From the NCBI RefSeq assembly GCF_009914755.1, contig NC_060933.1: a DNA stretch of 64,000 bases; one strand, written 5' to 3'. The notes under the pieces are model-generated. The model ran no database searches. It was not told the origin of the DNA and saw only the letters and a program-made list of their open reading frames with translations. This document shows positions 14,001-27,800 of this stretch, in pieces. The translations under genes were made by a program, and so were the position numbers. Origin of the DNA: the human T2T-CHM13v2.0 reference genome, Homo sapiens. Each line of letters opens with the position of its first letter. Position 1 is the first letter of the stretch.

Positions 14001-17000
14001 ATTCGGGTTATTTCCATTCCATTCCATTCCATTCCATTGCAATCGAGTTGATTCCATTCCATTCCATTCCATTCCGTTCCGGATGATTCCATTCCATTGC
14101 ATTCCATTCCATTCCATTCCCCTGCAGTCGGCTTGATTCCATTCCATTCCATTCCATTCCATTCCATTCCATTCCGTTCCAATCCATTCCATTCCATTCT
14201 ATTCGGGTTAATTCCATTCCATTCCATTCCATTCCAATCGAGTTGATTCCATTCCTTTCCATTCCATTCCAATCCACTCCATTCCAGTCCTTTCCATTCC
14301 ATTCCAATCCACTCCATTCCAGTCCTTTCCATTCCATTCTACTCGGGTTGATTCCATTCTATTCCTTTCCATTCCATTCCATTCCATTGCAATCGAGTTG
14401 ATTCCATTGCTTTGCATTCCATTCCATTCCATTCCATTCCGGATGATTCCATTCCATTGCATTCCATTCCATTCCATTCCCCTGCACTCGGGTTGATTCC
14501 ATTCCATTCCATTCCATTCCGTTCCATTCCATTCCATTCCATTGTATTCGGGTTAATTCCATTCCATTCCATTCCATTCCATTCCATTCCATTCCATTCC
14601 ATTCCATTACAATCGAATTGATTCCATTCGATTCCATTCCATTCCATTCCAGTCCTTTTCATTCCATTCCACTCGGGTTGATTCCATTCTATTACTTTCC
14701 ATACCATTCCATTCCCTTCCATTCCACTCTGGTTGATTCCATTCCTTTCCATTCCACTCGAATACATTCCCTCCTATTCCACTCGGAACGATTCCATTCC
14801 ATTCCATTCCATTCCATTCCATTCCATTCCATTCCATTGCATTTCGTTCCATTCCATTCTATTCCGTACCATTCCATTCCCTTCCATTCCATTCCATTCC
14901 ATTCCACTCGTGTTGATTCCATTCCTTTCCATTCCATTCTGTTTGAAATCATTCCATTCCATTCAATTCCTTTCCATTCCATTCCATTCCATTCCATTCC
15001 ATTCCATTCCATTCCATTCCTCTCCATTGCATTGCACTCGGGTTGATTCCATTCCATTCATTTCCATTCCATTCCATTCCTTTCCATTCCATTCTACTCG
15101 GGTTGATTCCATTCCATTGCATTCCATTCCATTACGTTACATTCCATTCCATTCCGTTCCATTCCATTCCATTATATTCGGATTGATTCTATTCAACCCC
15201 CTTACTCTCCATTACATTCTATTCCATTCGGGTTGTTCCATTCCATTCCATTCAATTCCTTTCCATTCCATTCTATTCCATTCCATTCCGGATGATTCCA
15301 TTCCATTGCATTCCGTTCCATTACATTCCCCTGCACTCGGGTTGATTCCATTCCATTTCATTCCATTCCATTTGATTCCATTCCATTGCCCTGCACTTGC
15401 GTTGATTCCATTCCATTCCATTCCATTCCATTCCATTCCTTTCCATTCCATTCCTTTCCGTTCCATTCAATTCCATTCCATTCCATTCCTTTCCGTTCCA
15501 TTTCGTTCCATTCCATTCTATTCGGGTTAATTCCATTCCATTCCATTCGATTGCAATCGAGTTGATTCCATTCCATTCCATTCCATTCCATTCCATTACA
15601 TTCCATTCCTTTCCATTCCTTTACGGATGATTCCATTCTATTGCATTCCTTTCCATTCCATTCCCCTGTACTCGGGTTGATTCCATTCCATTCCATTCCA
15701 ATCCGTGCCATTCCACTCGTGTTAATTCCATTCTTTCCATTCCATTCAAGTTGAATCCATTCCATTGCATTCCATTCCATTCGATTCCATTCGATTTCAC
15801 TCGGGTTGATTCCATTGCATTGCATTCCATTCCATTGCATTCCATTCCATTCCGTTCCATTCCATTTCATTACATTCAGATTGATTCTTTTCAATTCCCT
15901 TAAACTCCATTATATTCCAATCCATTCTGGTTGTTTCCATTCCACTCCATTCCAGTCCTTTCCTTTCCATTCCACTCGGGTTGATTCCATTCTATACCTT
16001 TCCATTCCATTCCATTCCATTGCAGTCGAGTTGATTCCATTGCTTTGCATTCCATTCCATTCCATTCCATTCCGGATGATTCCATTCCATTGCATTCCAT
16101 TCCATTCCATTCCCCTGCACTCGGGTTGATTCCATTCCATTCCACTCCATTCCGTTCCATTCCATTCCATTCCATTGTATTCGGGTTAATTCCATTCCAT
16201 TCCATTCCATTCCATTCCATTCCATTACAATCGAGTTGATTCCATTCCATTCCATTCCATTCCATTCCATTCCATTCCATTCCAGTCCTTTCCATTCCAT
16301 TCCACTCGGGTTGATTCCATTCTATTAGTTCCATTGCATTCCGTTCCCTTCCATTCCACTCTGGTTGATTCCATTCCTTTCCATTCCACTCGAATACATT
16401 CCCTCCTATTCCACTCGGAACGATTCCATTCCATTCCATTCCATTCCATTCCATTCCATTCCATTCCTTTCCATTCCATTCCATTTCGTTCCATTCCATT
16501 CTATTCCGTACCATTCCATTCCATTCCATTCCATTCCATTCCATTCCATTCCACTTGTGTTGATTCCATTCCTTTCCATTCCATTCGGTTTGAAGTCATT
16601 CCATTCCATTCAATTCCTTTCCATTCCATTCTATTCCATTCCATTCCATTCCATTGTACTCGGGTTGATTCCATTCCATTGCATTCCATTCCATTCCATT
16701 ACATTACATTCGGATTGATTCTATTCAACTCCCTTACTCTCCATTCCATTCCATTCCATTCGGGTTGTTCCATTCCATTCCATTCCATTCCATTCCATTC
16801 CGGATGATTCCATTCCATTGCATTCCATTCCATTCGATTCCATTCCATTCCAATTCGTTCCATTCCATTCTATTCCGTACCATTCCATTCCATTCCATTC
16901 CATAACATTGCATTCCATTCCATTCCATTCCATTCCATTCCATTCCATTCCATTCCCTTCCATTCCTTTCCATTCCATTCCATTCCATTCCATTCGGGTT

Positions 17001-17659
17001 AATTCCATTCCATTCCATTCCATTCCATTCTATTCCATTCCATTGCAATCGAGTTGAATCCATTGCATTCCATTCCATTCCTTTCCATTCCATGCCATTC
17101 CTTTCCAGAAGATTCCATTCCATTGCATTGCATTCCATTCCATTTTCTTGCACTCGCGTTGATTCCATTCCATTCCATTCCATTCCATTCCATTCCATTC
17201 CGTCCCGTTCCGTTCCATTCCATTCCATTCCTTTCCATTCCATTCCATTCCATTCCGTTCCGTTCCATTCCATTCCATTCCGTTCTATTCGGGTTAATTC
17301 CATTCCATTCCATTCGATTGCAATCGAGTTGATTCCATTCCATTGATTTCCATTCCATTCCATTCCATTCCATTCCATTCCTTTCCATTCCATTACAGAT
17401 GATTCCATTCCATTGCATTCCATTCCATTCCATTCCCCTGTACTCGTGTTGATTCCATTACATTCCATTCCAATCCATGCCATTCCACTCGTGTTGATTC
17501 CATTCTTTCCTTTCCATTCAAGTTGAATCCATTCCATTGCATTCCATTCCATTCGATTCCATTTGATTGCAGTCGGGTTGATTCCATTCCATTGCATTCC
17601 ATTCCATTCCATTTCATTCCATTCCGTTCCATTCCATTCCGTTCCATTCCATTCCATTA

Positions 17660-19100
17660 CATTCGGATTGCTTCTATTCAATTCCCTTACACTCCATTAC
17701 ATTCCATTCCATTCGGGTACTTTCCATTCCATTCCATTCCATTCCTCTCCATTCCATTGCACTCGGGTTGATTCCATTCCATTCATTTCCATTCCATTCC
17801 ATTCCTTTCCATTCCATTCTACTCGGGTTGATTCCATTCCATTGCATTCCATTCCATTCCATTCCATTCCATTCCATTCCCTTCCATTCCATTCCATTAT
17901 ATTCGGATTGATTCTATTCAACTCCCTTACTCTCCATTACATTCCATTCCATTCGGGTTGTTCCATTCCATTCCATTCCATTCCACTCCATTCCAATCCA
18001 TTCCATTCCATTCCACTCCGTTCCATTCCATTCCATTCCATTCCATTCCATTCCATTCCATTCCATTCTGGATGATTCCATTCCATTGCATTCCGTTCCA
18101 TTTCATTCCCCTGCACTTGGGTTGATTGCATTCCATTCCATTCCATTCCATTTGAATCCATTCCATTCCCCTGCACTCGCGTTGATTCCATTCCATTCCA
18201 TTCCATTCCATTCCATTCCATTCCATTCCATTCCATTCCTTTCCGTTCCATTCCATTCCATTCCATTCCGTTCCGTTCCATTCCGTTCCAATCCATTCTA
18301 TTTGGGTTAATTCCATTCCATTCCATTCGATTGCAATCGAGTTGATTCCATTCCATTCCATTCCATTGCATTCCATTGCATTCCATTCCATTCCATTCCA
18401 TTCCAATCCATTCCATTCCATTCCATTCGGATTGCTTCTATTCAATTCCCTTACACTCCATTACATTCCATTCCATTCGGGTACTTTCCATTCCATTCCA
18501 TTCCATTCCTCTCCATTCCATTGCACTCGGGTTGATTCCATTCCATTCATTTCCATTCCATTCCATTCCTTTCCATTCCATTCTACTCGGGTTGATTCCA
18601 TTCCATTGCATTCCATTCCATTCCATTCCATTCCATTCCATTCCATTCCGTTCCATTACATTCCATTATATTCGGATTGATTCTATTCAACTCCCTTACT
18701 CTCCATTACATTCCATTCCATTCGGGTTGTTCCATTCCATTCCATTCCATTCCACTCCATTCCATTCCATTCCATTCCATTCCATTCCGGATGATTCCAT
18801 TCCATTGCATTCTGTTCCATTTCATTCCCCTGCACTTGGGTTGATTGCATTCCATTCCATTCCATTCCATTTGAATCCATTCCATTCCCCTGCACTCGGG
18901 TTGATTCCATTCCATTCCATTCCATTCCATTGCATTCCATTCCTTTCCATTCCATTCCATTCCATTCCATTCCGTTCCGTTCCATTCCGTTCCATTCCAT
19001 TCTATTTGGGTTAATTCCATTCCATTCCATTCGATTGCAATCCAGTTGATTCCATTCCATTGCATTCCATTCCATTCCATTCCATTCCATTCCTTTCCAT
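17660..19100 (+). repeat. Tandem duplication, ~700-765 bp period
   Basis: CGGATTGCTTCTATT at 17664/18428; GGGTACTTTCC at 17715/18479; GCACTTGGGTTGATTGC at 18113/18832; CTATTTGGGTTAA at 18298/19002. Confidence 0.88.
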
Positions 19101-22100
19101 TGCATTCCATTACATTCGTATTGATTCTATTCAACTCCCTTACTCTCCATTTCATTCCATTCTATTCGGGTTGTTCCATTCCATTCCATTCCATTCCACT
19201 CCATTCCATTGCACTCGGGTTGATTCCATTCCATTTCATTCCATTCCATTCCATTCCATTCCATTCTAATTCTTTCCATTCCATTCTATTCCGTACCATT
19301 CCATTCCATTCCATACAATTCCATTCCATTCCATTCCATTCCATTCCATTCCATTCCGTTCCGTTCCGTGCCGTTCCATTCCATTCCATTCCATTCTATT
19401 CGGGTTAATTCCATTCCATTCCATTCCATTCCATTCTATTCCATTCCATTGCAATCGAGTTGAATCCATTGCATTCCATTCCATTCCATTCCATTCCATT
19501 CCATTCCGGAAGATTCCATTCCATTGCATTCCATTCCATTCCATTCCCCTGCACTCGCGTTGATTCCATTCCATTCCATTCCATTCCATTCCATTCCATT
19601 CCATTCCATACCATTCCATTCCGTTCCGTTCCGATCCGTTCCGTTCCGTTCCGTTCCACTCCATTCCATTCCATTCTATTCGGGTTAATTCCATTCCATT
19701 CCATTCGATTGCAATCGAGTTGATTCCATTCCATTCCATTCCATTCTATTCCATTCCATTCCATTCCATTCCTTTCCTTTCCATTACGGATGATTCCATT
19801 CCATTGCATTACATTCCATTCCATTCCCCTGTACTCCGGTTGATTCCATTCCATTCCATTCCATTCCATTCTATTCCATTCCATTCCATTCCATTCCGGA
19901 AGATTCCATTCCATTGCATTCCATTCCATTCCATTCCCCTGCACTCGCGTTAATTCCATTCCATTCCATTCCTTTCCATTACATTCCATTCCGTTCCGTT
20001 CCATTCCATTCCATTCCATTCCATTCCATTCCGTTCCGTTACGTTCCATTCCATTCCGTTCCATTCCATTTCATTACATTCAGATTGATTCTTTTCTGTT
20101 CCCTTACACTCGATTATATTCCAATCCATTCTGGTTGTTTCCATTCTATTCCATTCAATTTCACTCCATTCCATTGCACTCGGGTTAATTCCATTCAATT
20201 CCATTCCATTCCATTCCATTCCATTCCATTCCTTTCCTTTCCATTCCATTGCGGATGATTCCATTCCATTGCAATCCATTCCATTCCATTCCGCTGTACT
20301 CGGGTTGTTTCCATTCCATTGCATTCCAATCCATGCCCTTCCACTCGTATTGATTCCATTCTTTCCATTCCATTCAAGTTGAATCCATTCCATTGCATTG
20401 CATTCCATTCGATTCCATTCGATTGCAGTTGGGTTGATTCCATTGCATTCCATTCCATTCCATTCCATTCCGTTCCATTCCATTCCGGATGATTCCATTC
20501 CATTGAATTCCATTCCATTCCATTCCCCTGCACTTGGGTTGATTCCATTCCATTCCATTCCATTCCTTTCTGTTCCATTCCATTCCATTCCATTCCTTTC
20601 TATTCGTGTTAATTCCATTCCATTCTATTCCGTTCCATTCCATTGAAATCGAGTTGATTCCATTCCATTCCATTCCATTCCATTCCATTCCATTCCATTG
20701 TATTCGGGTTAATTCCATTCCATTCCATTCCATTCCATTCCATTCCATTCCATTCCATTACAATTGAGTTGATTCCATTCCATTCCATTCCATTCCATTC
20801 CATTCCATTCCATTCAGTCCTTTCCATTCCATTCCACTCGGATTGATTCCATTCTATTAGTTTCCATTCCATTCCATTCCCTTCCATTCCACTCTGGTTG
20901 ATTCCATTCCTTTCCATTCCACTCGAATACATTCCCTCCTATTCCACTCGGAACGATTCCATTCCATTCCATTTCATTCCATTCCATTCCATTCCATTCC
21001 TTTCCATTCCATTACGGATGGTTCCATTACATTGCATTCCATTCCATTCCATTCCCCAGTACTCGGGTTGATTCCATTCCATTCCATTCCAGTCCATGCC
21101 ATTCCACTCGTGTTGATTCCATTCTTTGCATTTCATTCAGGTTGAATCCATTCCATTGCATTCCATTCCATTCGATTCCATTCGATTGCACTCGGGTTGA
21201 TTCCATTCCATTGCATTCCATTCCATTCCATTCCATTCCATTCCGTTCCATTCCATTCCATTACATTCGGATTGATTCTATTCAATTCCCTTACACTCCG
21301 TTACATTCCATTCCATTCGGGTAGTTTCCATTCCATTCCATTCCATTTCACTCCATTCCATTGCACTCGGGTTGATTCCATTCCATTCCATTCCATTGCA
21401 TTCCGGATGATTGCATTATATTGCATTCCATTCCATTCAATTCCCCTGCACTCGGGTTGATTCCATTCCATTCCATTACATTACATTCCGTTCCATTCCA
21501 TTCCATTCCATTCGGATTGTTTCTATTCAATTCCCTTACACTCCATTACATTCCATTCCATTCGGGTAGTTTCCATTGCATTCCATTCCATTCCTCTCCA
21601 TTCCATTGCACTCGGGTTGATTCCATTCCATTCCATTCCATTCCATTCCATTCCATTCCATTCCATTGTACTCGGGTTGATTCCATTCCATTCCATTCCA
21701 TTCCATTCCGTTCCATTCCATTCCATTACATTCGGATTGATTCTATTCAACTCCCTTACTCTCCATTACATTCCATTCCATTCGGGTTGTTCCATTCCAT
21801 TCCATTCCATTCTGGAAGATTCCATTCCATTGCATTCCATTCCATTCCATTCCCCTGCACTCGCGTTAATTCCATTCCATTCCATTCCATTCCATTCCAT
21901 TCCGTTCCGTTCCATTCCATTCCATTCCATTCCATTCCATTCCGTTCCGTTACGTTCCATTCCATTCCATTCCATTCTATTCGGGTTAATTCCATTCCAT
22001 TCCATTCGATTGCAATCGAGTTGATTCCATTCCATTTCATTCCATTCGATTGCAATTGAGTTGATTCCATTCCATTCCATTCCCTTCCATTCCACTCCAT

Positions 22101-22479
22101 TCCATTGCATCGGGGTGATTGCATTCCATTCCATTCCATTCCATTTCGGATGATTGCATTCCATTGCATTCCATTCCATTCCATTCCCCTGCACTCGGGT
22201 TGATTACATTCCATTCCATTCCCTTCCATTCCTTTCCATTCCATTCCATTCCATTCCATTCTATTCGGGTTAATTCCATTCCATTCCATTCCATTCCATT
22301 CCATTGCAATCGACTTGATTCCATTCCATTCCATTCCATTCCGTTCCGGATGATTCCATTCCATTGCATTCCATTCCATTCCATTCCCCTGCAGTCGGGT
22401 TGATTCCATTCCATTCCATTCCATTCCATTCCATTCCATTCCATTCCATTGCGTTCCATTCCATTCCATTCCATTCTAT

Positions 22480-24150
22480 TCGGGTTAATTCCATTCCATT
22501 CCATTCCATTCCATTCCATTCCATTCCATTCCAATTGAGTTGATTCCATTCCATTCCATTCCATTTCATTCCACTCCATTCCAGTCCTTTCCATTCCATT
22601 CCACTCGGGTTGATTCCATTCTATTCCTTTCCATTCCATTCCGGATGTTTCCTTTCCATTGCATTCCATTCCTTTCCATTCCCCTGCTCTCGGGTTGACT
22701 CCATTCCATTCCACTCCATTCCGTTCCATTCCATTCCATTGCATTGTATTCGGGTTAATTCCATTCCATTCCATTCCATTCCTTTCCATTCCATTACAAT
22801 CGAGTTGATTCCATTCCATTCCATTCCATTCCATTCCATTCCATTGTATTCCATTCAGTCTTTTGCATTCCATTCCACTCGGGTTGATTCCATTCTATTA
22901 GTTTCCATTCCATTCCATTCCCTTCCATTCCACGCTGGTTGACTCCATTCCTTTCCATTCCACTCGAATATATTCCCTCCTATTCCACTCGGAACGATTC
23001 CATTCCATTCCATTCCATTCCATTCCATTCCATTCCATTCCATTGCATTTCGTTCCATTCCATTCTATTCCGTACGATTCAATTGCATTCCATTCCATTC
23101 CATTCCATTCCATTCCATTCCATTCCACTCGTGTTGATTCCATTCCTTTCCATTCCATTCGTTTTGAAGTCATTCCATTCCATTCAATTCCTTTCCATTC
23201 CAATCCATTCCATTCCATTACAATCGAGTTGATTCCATTCCATTCCATTCCATTCCATTCCATTCCATTCCATTCAGTCCTTTCCATTCCATTCCACTCG
23301 GGTTTATTCCACTCTATTAGTTTCCATTCCATTCCATTCCCTTACATTCCACTCTGGTTGATTCCATTCCTTTCCATTCCACTCGAATACATTGCCTCCT
23401 ATTCCACTCGGAACGATTCCATTCCATTCCATTCCATTCCATTCCATTCAATTCCATTCAATTCCATTCCATTTCGTTCCATTCCATTCTATTCCGTACC
23501 ATTCCATTCCATTCCATTCCATTCCATTCCATTCCCTTCCATTCCATTCCACTGGTGTTGATTCCATTCCTTTCCATTCCATTCGGTTTGAAGTCATTCC
23601 ATTCCATTCAGTTCGTTTACATTCCATTCCATTCCATTCCATTCCATTCCATTCCATTCCATTGTACTCTGGTTGATTCCATACCATTGCATTCCATTCC
23701 ATTCCATTCCATTCCGTTCCATTCCATTCCATTACATTCGGATTGATTCTATTCAACTCCCTTACTCTCCATTACATTCCATTCCATTCGGGTTGTTCCA
23801 TTCCATTCCATTCCATTCCACTCCATTCCATTGCACTCGGGTTGATTCCATTCCATTCCATTCCATTCCATTCCATTCCATTCCATTTCGGATGATTCCA
23901 TTCCATTGCATTCCATTCCATTTCATTCCCCGGCACTCGCGTTGATTCTATTCCATTGCAGTCCATTCCATTCGATTCCATTCCATTCCAATTCTTTCCA
24001 TTCCTTTCTATTCCGTACCATTCCATTCCATTCCATTCCATACCATTCCATTCCATTCCATTCCATTCCATTCCATTCCATTCCATTCCGTTACGTTCCA
24101 TTCCATTCCATTCCATTCTATTCGGGTTAATTCCCTTCCATTCTATTCCA
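22480..24150 (+). repeat. Dispersed duplicated segment, copy 2 (partner at ~10050-11650)
   Basis: Same ordered rare markers as 10050-11650, offset ~12.4-12.55 kb. Confidence 0.75.
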
Positions 24151-24660
24151 TTCCATTGCATTCCATTCCATTGCAATCGAGTTGATTGCATTCCATTCAA
24201 TTCCATTCAATTCCATTCCATTCCATTTCGTTCCAATCCATTCCATTCTGTACCATTCCATTCCATTCCTTTCCATTCCATTCAATGCCATTCCACTCGG
24301 GTTGATTCCATTCCTTTCCATTACATTGGTGTTGAATCCATTCCATTCCTTTCCATTCCTTTCGATTCCATTCCATTACACTCGGGTTGATTCCATTCCA
24401 TTCCATTCCATTCCATTCCATTCCTTTCCATTCCATTCCATTGCATTCGGATTGATTCCATTCAATTCCCTTACACTCCATTATATTCCATTCCATTCGG
24501 GTTGTTTACATTCCATTCCATTCCATTCCACTCCATTCCATTGCACTCGGGTTGATTCCATTCCATTCCATTCCATTCCATTCCATTCCATTCCATTGCG
24601 GATGATTCCATTCCATTGCATTCCGTTCCCTTACATTCCACTGCACTCGGGTTGATTCCA

Positions 24661-24840
24661 TTCCATTCCATTCGATTCCATTCCATTCCAATTCGTTCCA
24701 TTCCATTCTATTCCGCACCATTCCATTCCATTCCATACCATTCCATTCCATTCCATTCCATTCGATTCCATTCCATTCCAATTCGTTCCATTCCATTCTA
24801 TTCCGCACCATTCCATTCCATTCCATATCATTCCATTCCA
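24661..24840 (+). repeat. Tandem duplication, 2 x 90 bp
   Basis: TTCGATTCCATTCCATTCCAATTCGTTCCATTCCATTCTATTCCGCACCA at 24671 and 24761. Confidence 0.88.
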
Positions 24841-27800
24841 TTCCATTCCATTCCATTCCATTCCGTTCCGTTGCGTTCCATTCCATTCCATTCCATTCTA
24901 TTCGGGTTAATTCCATTCCATTCCATTCCATTCCATTCCATTCTATTCCATTCCATTGCAATCGAGTTGAATCCATTCCATTCCTTTCCATTCCTTTCGA
25001 TTCCATTCCATTACACTCGGGTTGATTCCATTCCATTCCATTCCATTCCATTCCATTCCATTCCATTCTTTCCATTCCATTCCATTCCATTCGGATTGAT
25101 TCCATTCAATTCCCTTACACTCCATTATATTCCATTCCATTCGGGTTGTTTCCATTCCATTCCATTCCATTCCACTCCATTCCATTGCAATCGGGATGAT
25201 TCCATTCCATTCCATTCCATTCCATTCCATTCCGCATGATTCCATTCCATTGCATTCCGTTCCATTACATTCCCCTGCACTCGGGTTGATTCCATTCCTT
25301 TCCATTCGATTCCATTCCATTCCAATTCTTTCCATTCCATTCTATTCCGTACCATTCCATTCCATTCCATACCATTCCATTCCATTCCATTGCATTCCAT
25401 TCCATTCCGTTCCGTTCCATTCCGTTCCGTTCCATTCCATTCCATTCCATTCTATTCCGGTTGATTCCATACCATTCCATTCCATTCCATTCTATTCCAT
25501 TCCATTGCAATCGAGTTGAATCCATTGCATTCCATTCCATCCCATTCCACTGCACTCGCATTGATTCCATTCCAGTCCATTCCATTCCAATCCATTCCTT
25601 TCCATTCCATTCCGTTCCGTTCCATTCCATTCCATTCCATTCCGTTCCGTTCCATTCCATTCCATTCCGTTCTATTCGGGTAATTCCTTTCCATTCCATT
25701 CGATTGCAATCTAGTTGCTTCCATTCCATTCCATTCCACTCTATTCCATTCCATTCCATTCCATTCCTTTCCATTCCATTACGGATGATTCCATTCCATT
25801 GCATTCCATTCCATTCCATTCCATTCCCCTGTAATCGGGTTGATTCCATTCCATTCCATTCCAATCCATGCCATTCCACTCGTGTTGATTCCATTCTTTC
25901 CATTGCATTCAAGTTGAGTCCATTCCATTGCATTCCATTCCATTCGATTCCATTCTATTGCACTCGGGTTGATTCCATTCCATTGCATTCCATTGCATTC
26001 CATTCCATTCCGTTCCATTCCATTTCATTCCATTCCGTTCCATTCCATTCCATTACATTCGGATTGATTCTATTCAATTCCGATACACTCCATTACATTC
26101 CATTCCATTCGGGTAGTTTCCATTCCATTCCATTCTATTCCTCTCCATTCCATTGCACTCGGATTGATTCCATTCCATTCCATTCCATTCCATTCCATTC
26201 CATTCCATTCCATTCCATTTCATTCCATTCCGTTCCATTCCATTCCATTTCATTCGGATTGATTCTATTCAATTCCTTACACTCCATTACATTCCATTCC
26301 ATTCGGGTAGTTTCCATTCCATTCCATTCCATTCCTCTCCATTCCATTGCACTCGGGTTGATTCCATTCCATTCCATTCCATTCCATTCTATTCCATTCC
26401 ATTCCGTTCCGGATGATTCCATTCCACTGAATTCCATTCCATTCCATTCGATTCCATTCTATTTCATTCAATTGCTATCGAGTTGAATCCGTTACATTCC
26501 GTTCCATTCCATTCCATTCCATTCCATTCCATTCTATTCGTGTTAATTCCATTCCGTTCTATTCCATTCCATTCCATTGGAATCGAGTTGATTCCATTCC
26601 ATTCCATTCCATTCCATTCCATTCCATTCCATTCCATTGGAATCGACTTGATTCCATTCCATTCCATTCGATTCCATTCGATTCCATTCCATTCCATTCC
26701 ATTCCGGATGATTCCATTCCATTGCATTCCATTCCATTCCATTGCATTCCATTCCGGATGATTCCATTCCATTGCATTCCATTCCATTCCATTCCCCTGC
26801 ACTCGTGTTGATTCCATTCCATTCCATTCCATTACCTTCCTTTCCATTCCATTCCATTCCATTCTATTCGGGTTAATTCCATTCCATTCCATTCCATTCC
26901 ATTCCATTCCATTCCATTCCATTCCCGATGATTCCATTCCATTGCATTCCATTCCATTCCATTCCCCTGTACTCGGGTTGATTCCATTCCATTCCATTCC
27001 ATTCCAATCCATTCCATTCCATTGCAATCGTGTTGAATCCATTCCATTCCAATCCATTCCATTCCATTCCATTCCATTGCGGAAGATTCCATTCCATTGC
27101 ATTCCATTCCATTCCATTCCCCTGCACTCGCGTTGATTCCATTCCATACCATTCCATTCCATTTCATTCCGTTCCTTTCCGTTCCATTCCATTCCATTCC
27201 ATTCTATTCCATTCCGTTCCGTTCCATTCCATTCCATTCCATTCCATTCTATTCGGGTTAATTCCATTCCATTCCATTCTATTGCAATCGAGTTGATTCC
27301 ATTCCATTCCATTTCATTCTATTCCATTCCATTCCATTCCATTCCATTCCTTTCCATTCCTTTACAGATGATTCCATTCCATTGCATTCCATTCCATTCC
27401 ATTCCCCTGTACTCGGGTTGATTCCATTCCATTCCATTCCAATCTATTCGGGTTAATTCCCTTCCATTCTATTCCATTCCATTCCATTCCATTCCATTGC
27501 AATCGAGTTGATTCTATTCCATTCCATTCCATTCCATTCCAGTCAAATTCGTTCCAATCCATTCCGTTCTGTACCATTCCATTCCATTCCTTTCCATTCC
27601 ATTCCATGCCATTCCACTCGGGTTGATTCCATTCCTTTCCATTACATTGGTGTTGAAACCATTCCATTCCTTTCCATTCCTTTCGATTCCATTCCATTGC
27701 ACTCGGGTTGATTCCATTCCATTCCATTCCATTCAATTCCATTCCTTTCCATTCCATTCCATTGCATTCGGATTGATTCCATTCAATTCCCTTACACTCC

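Noticed and set aside
8953-26434. Y-chromosome DYZ1 (~3.6 kb periodic HSat3)
   Set aside because: The EcoRI sites I found (8953, 11457, 12241, 20505, 26429) are irregular and there is no window-wide ~3.6 kb period.
26281-26640. Possible hairpins at local GGAAT words (CATTGGAATCG near 26576 and 26636; CATTGGAATCC near 45348)
   Set aside because: These are single substitutions in ordinary linkers or pentamers, giving stems of only a few bp. They are not credible structured RNAs or terminators.
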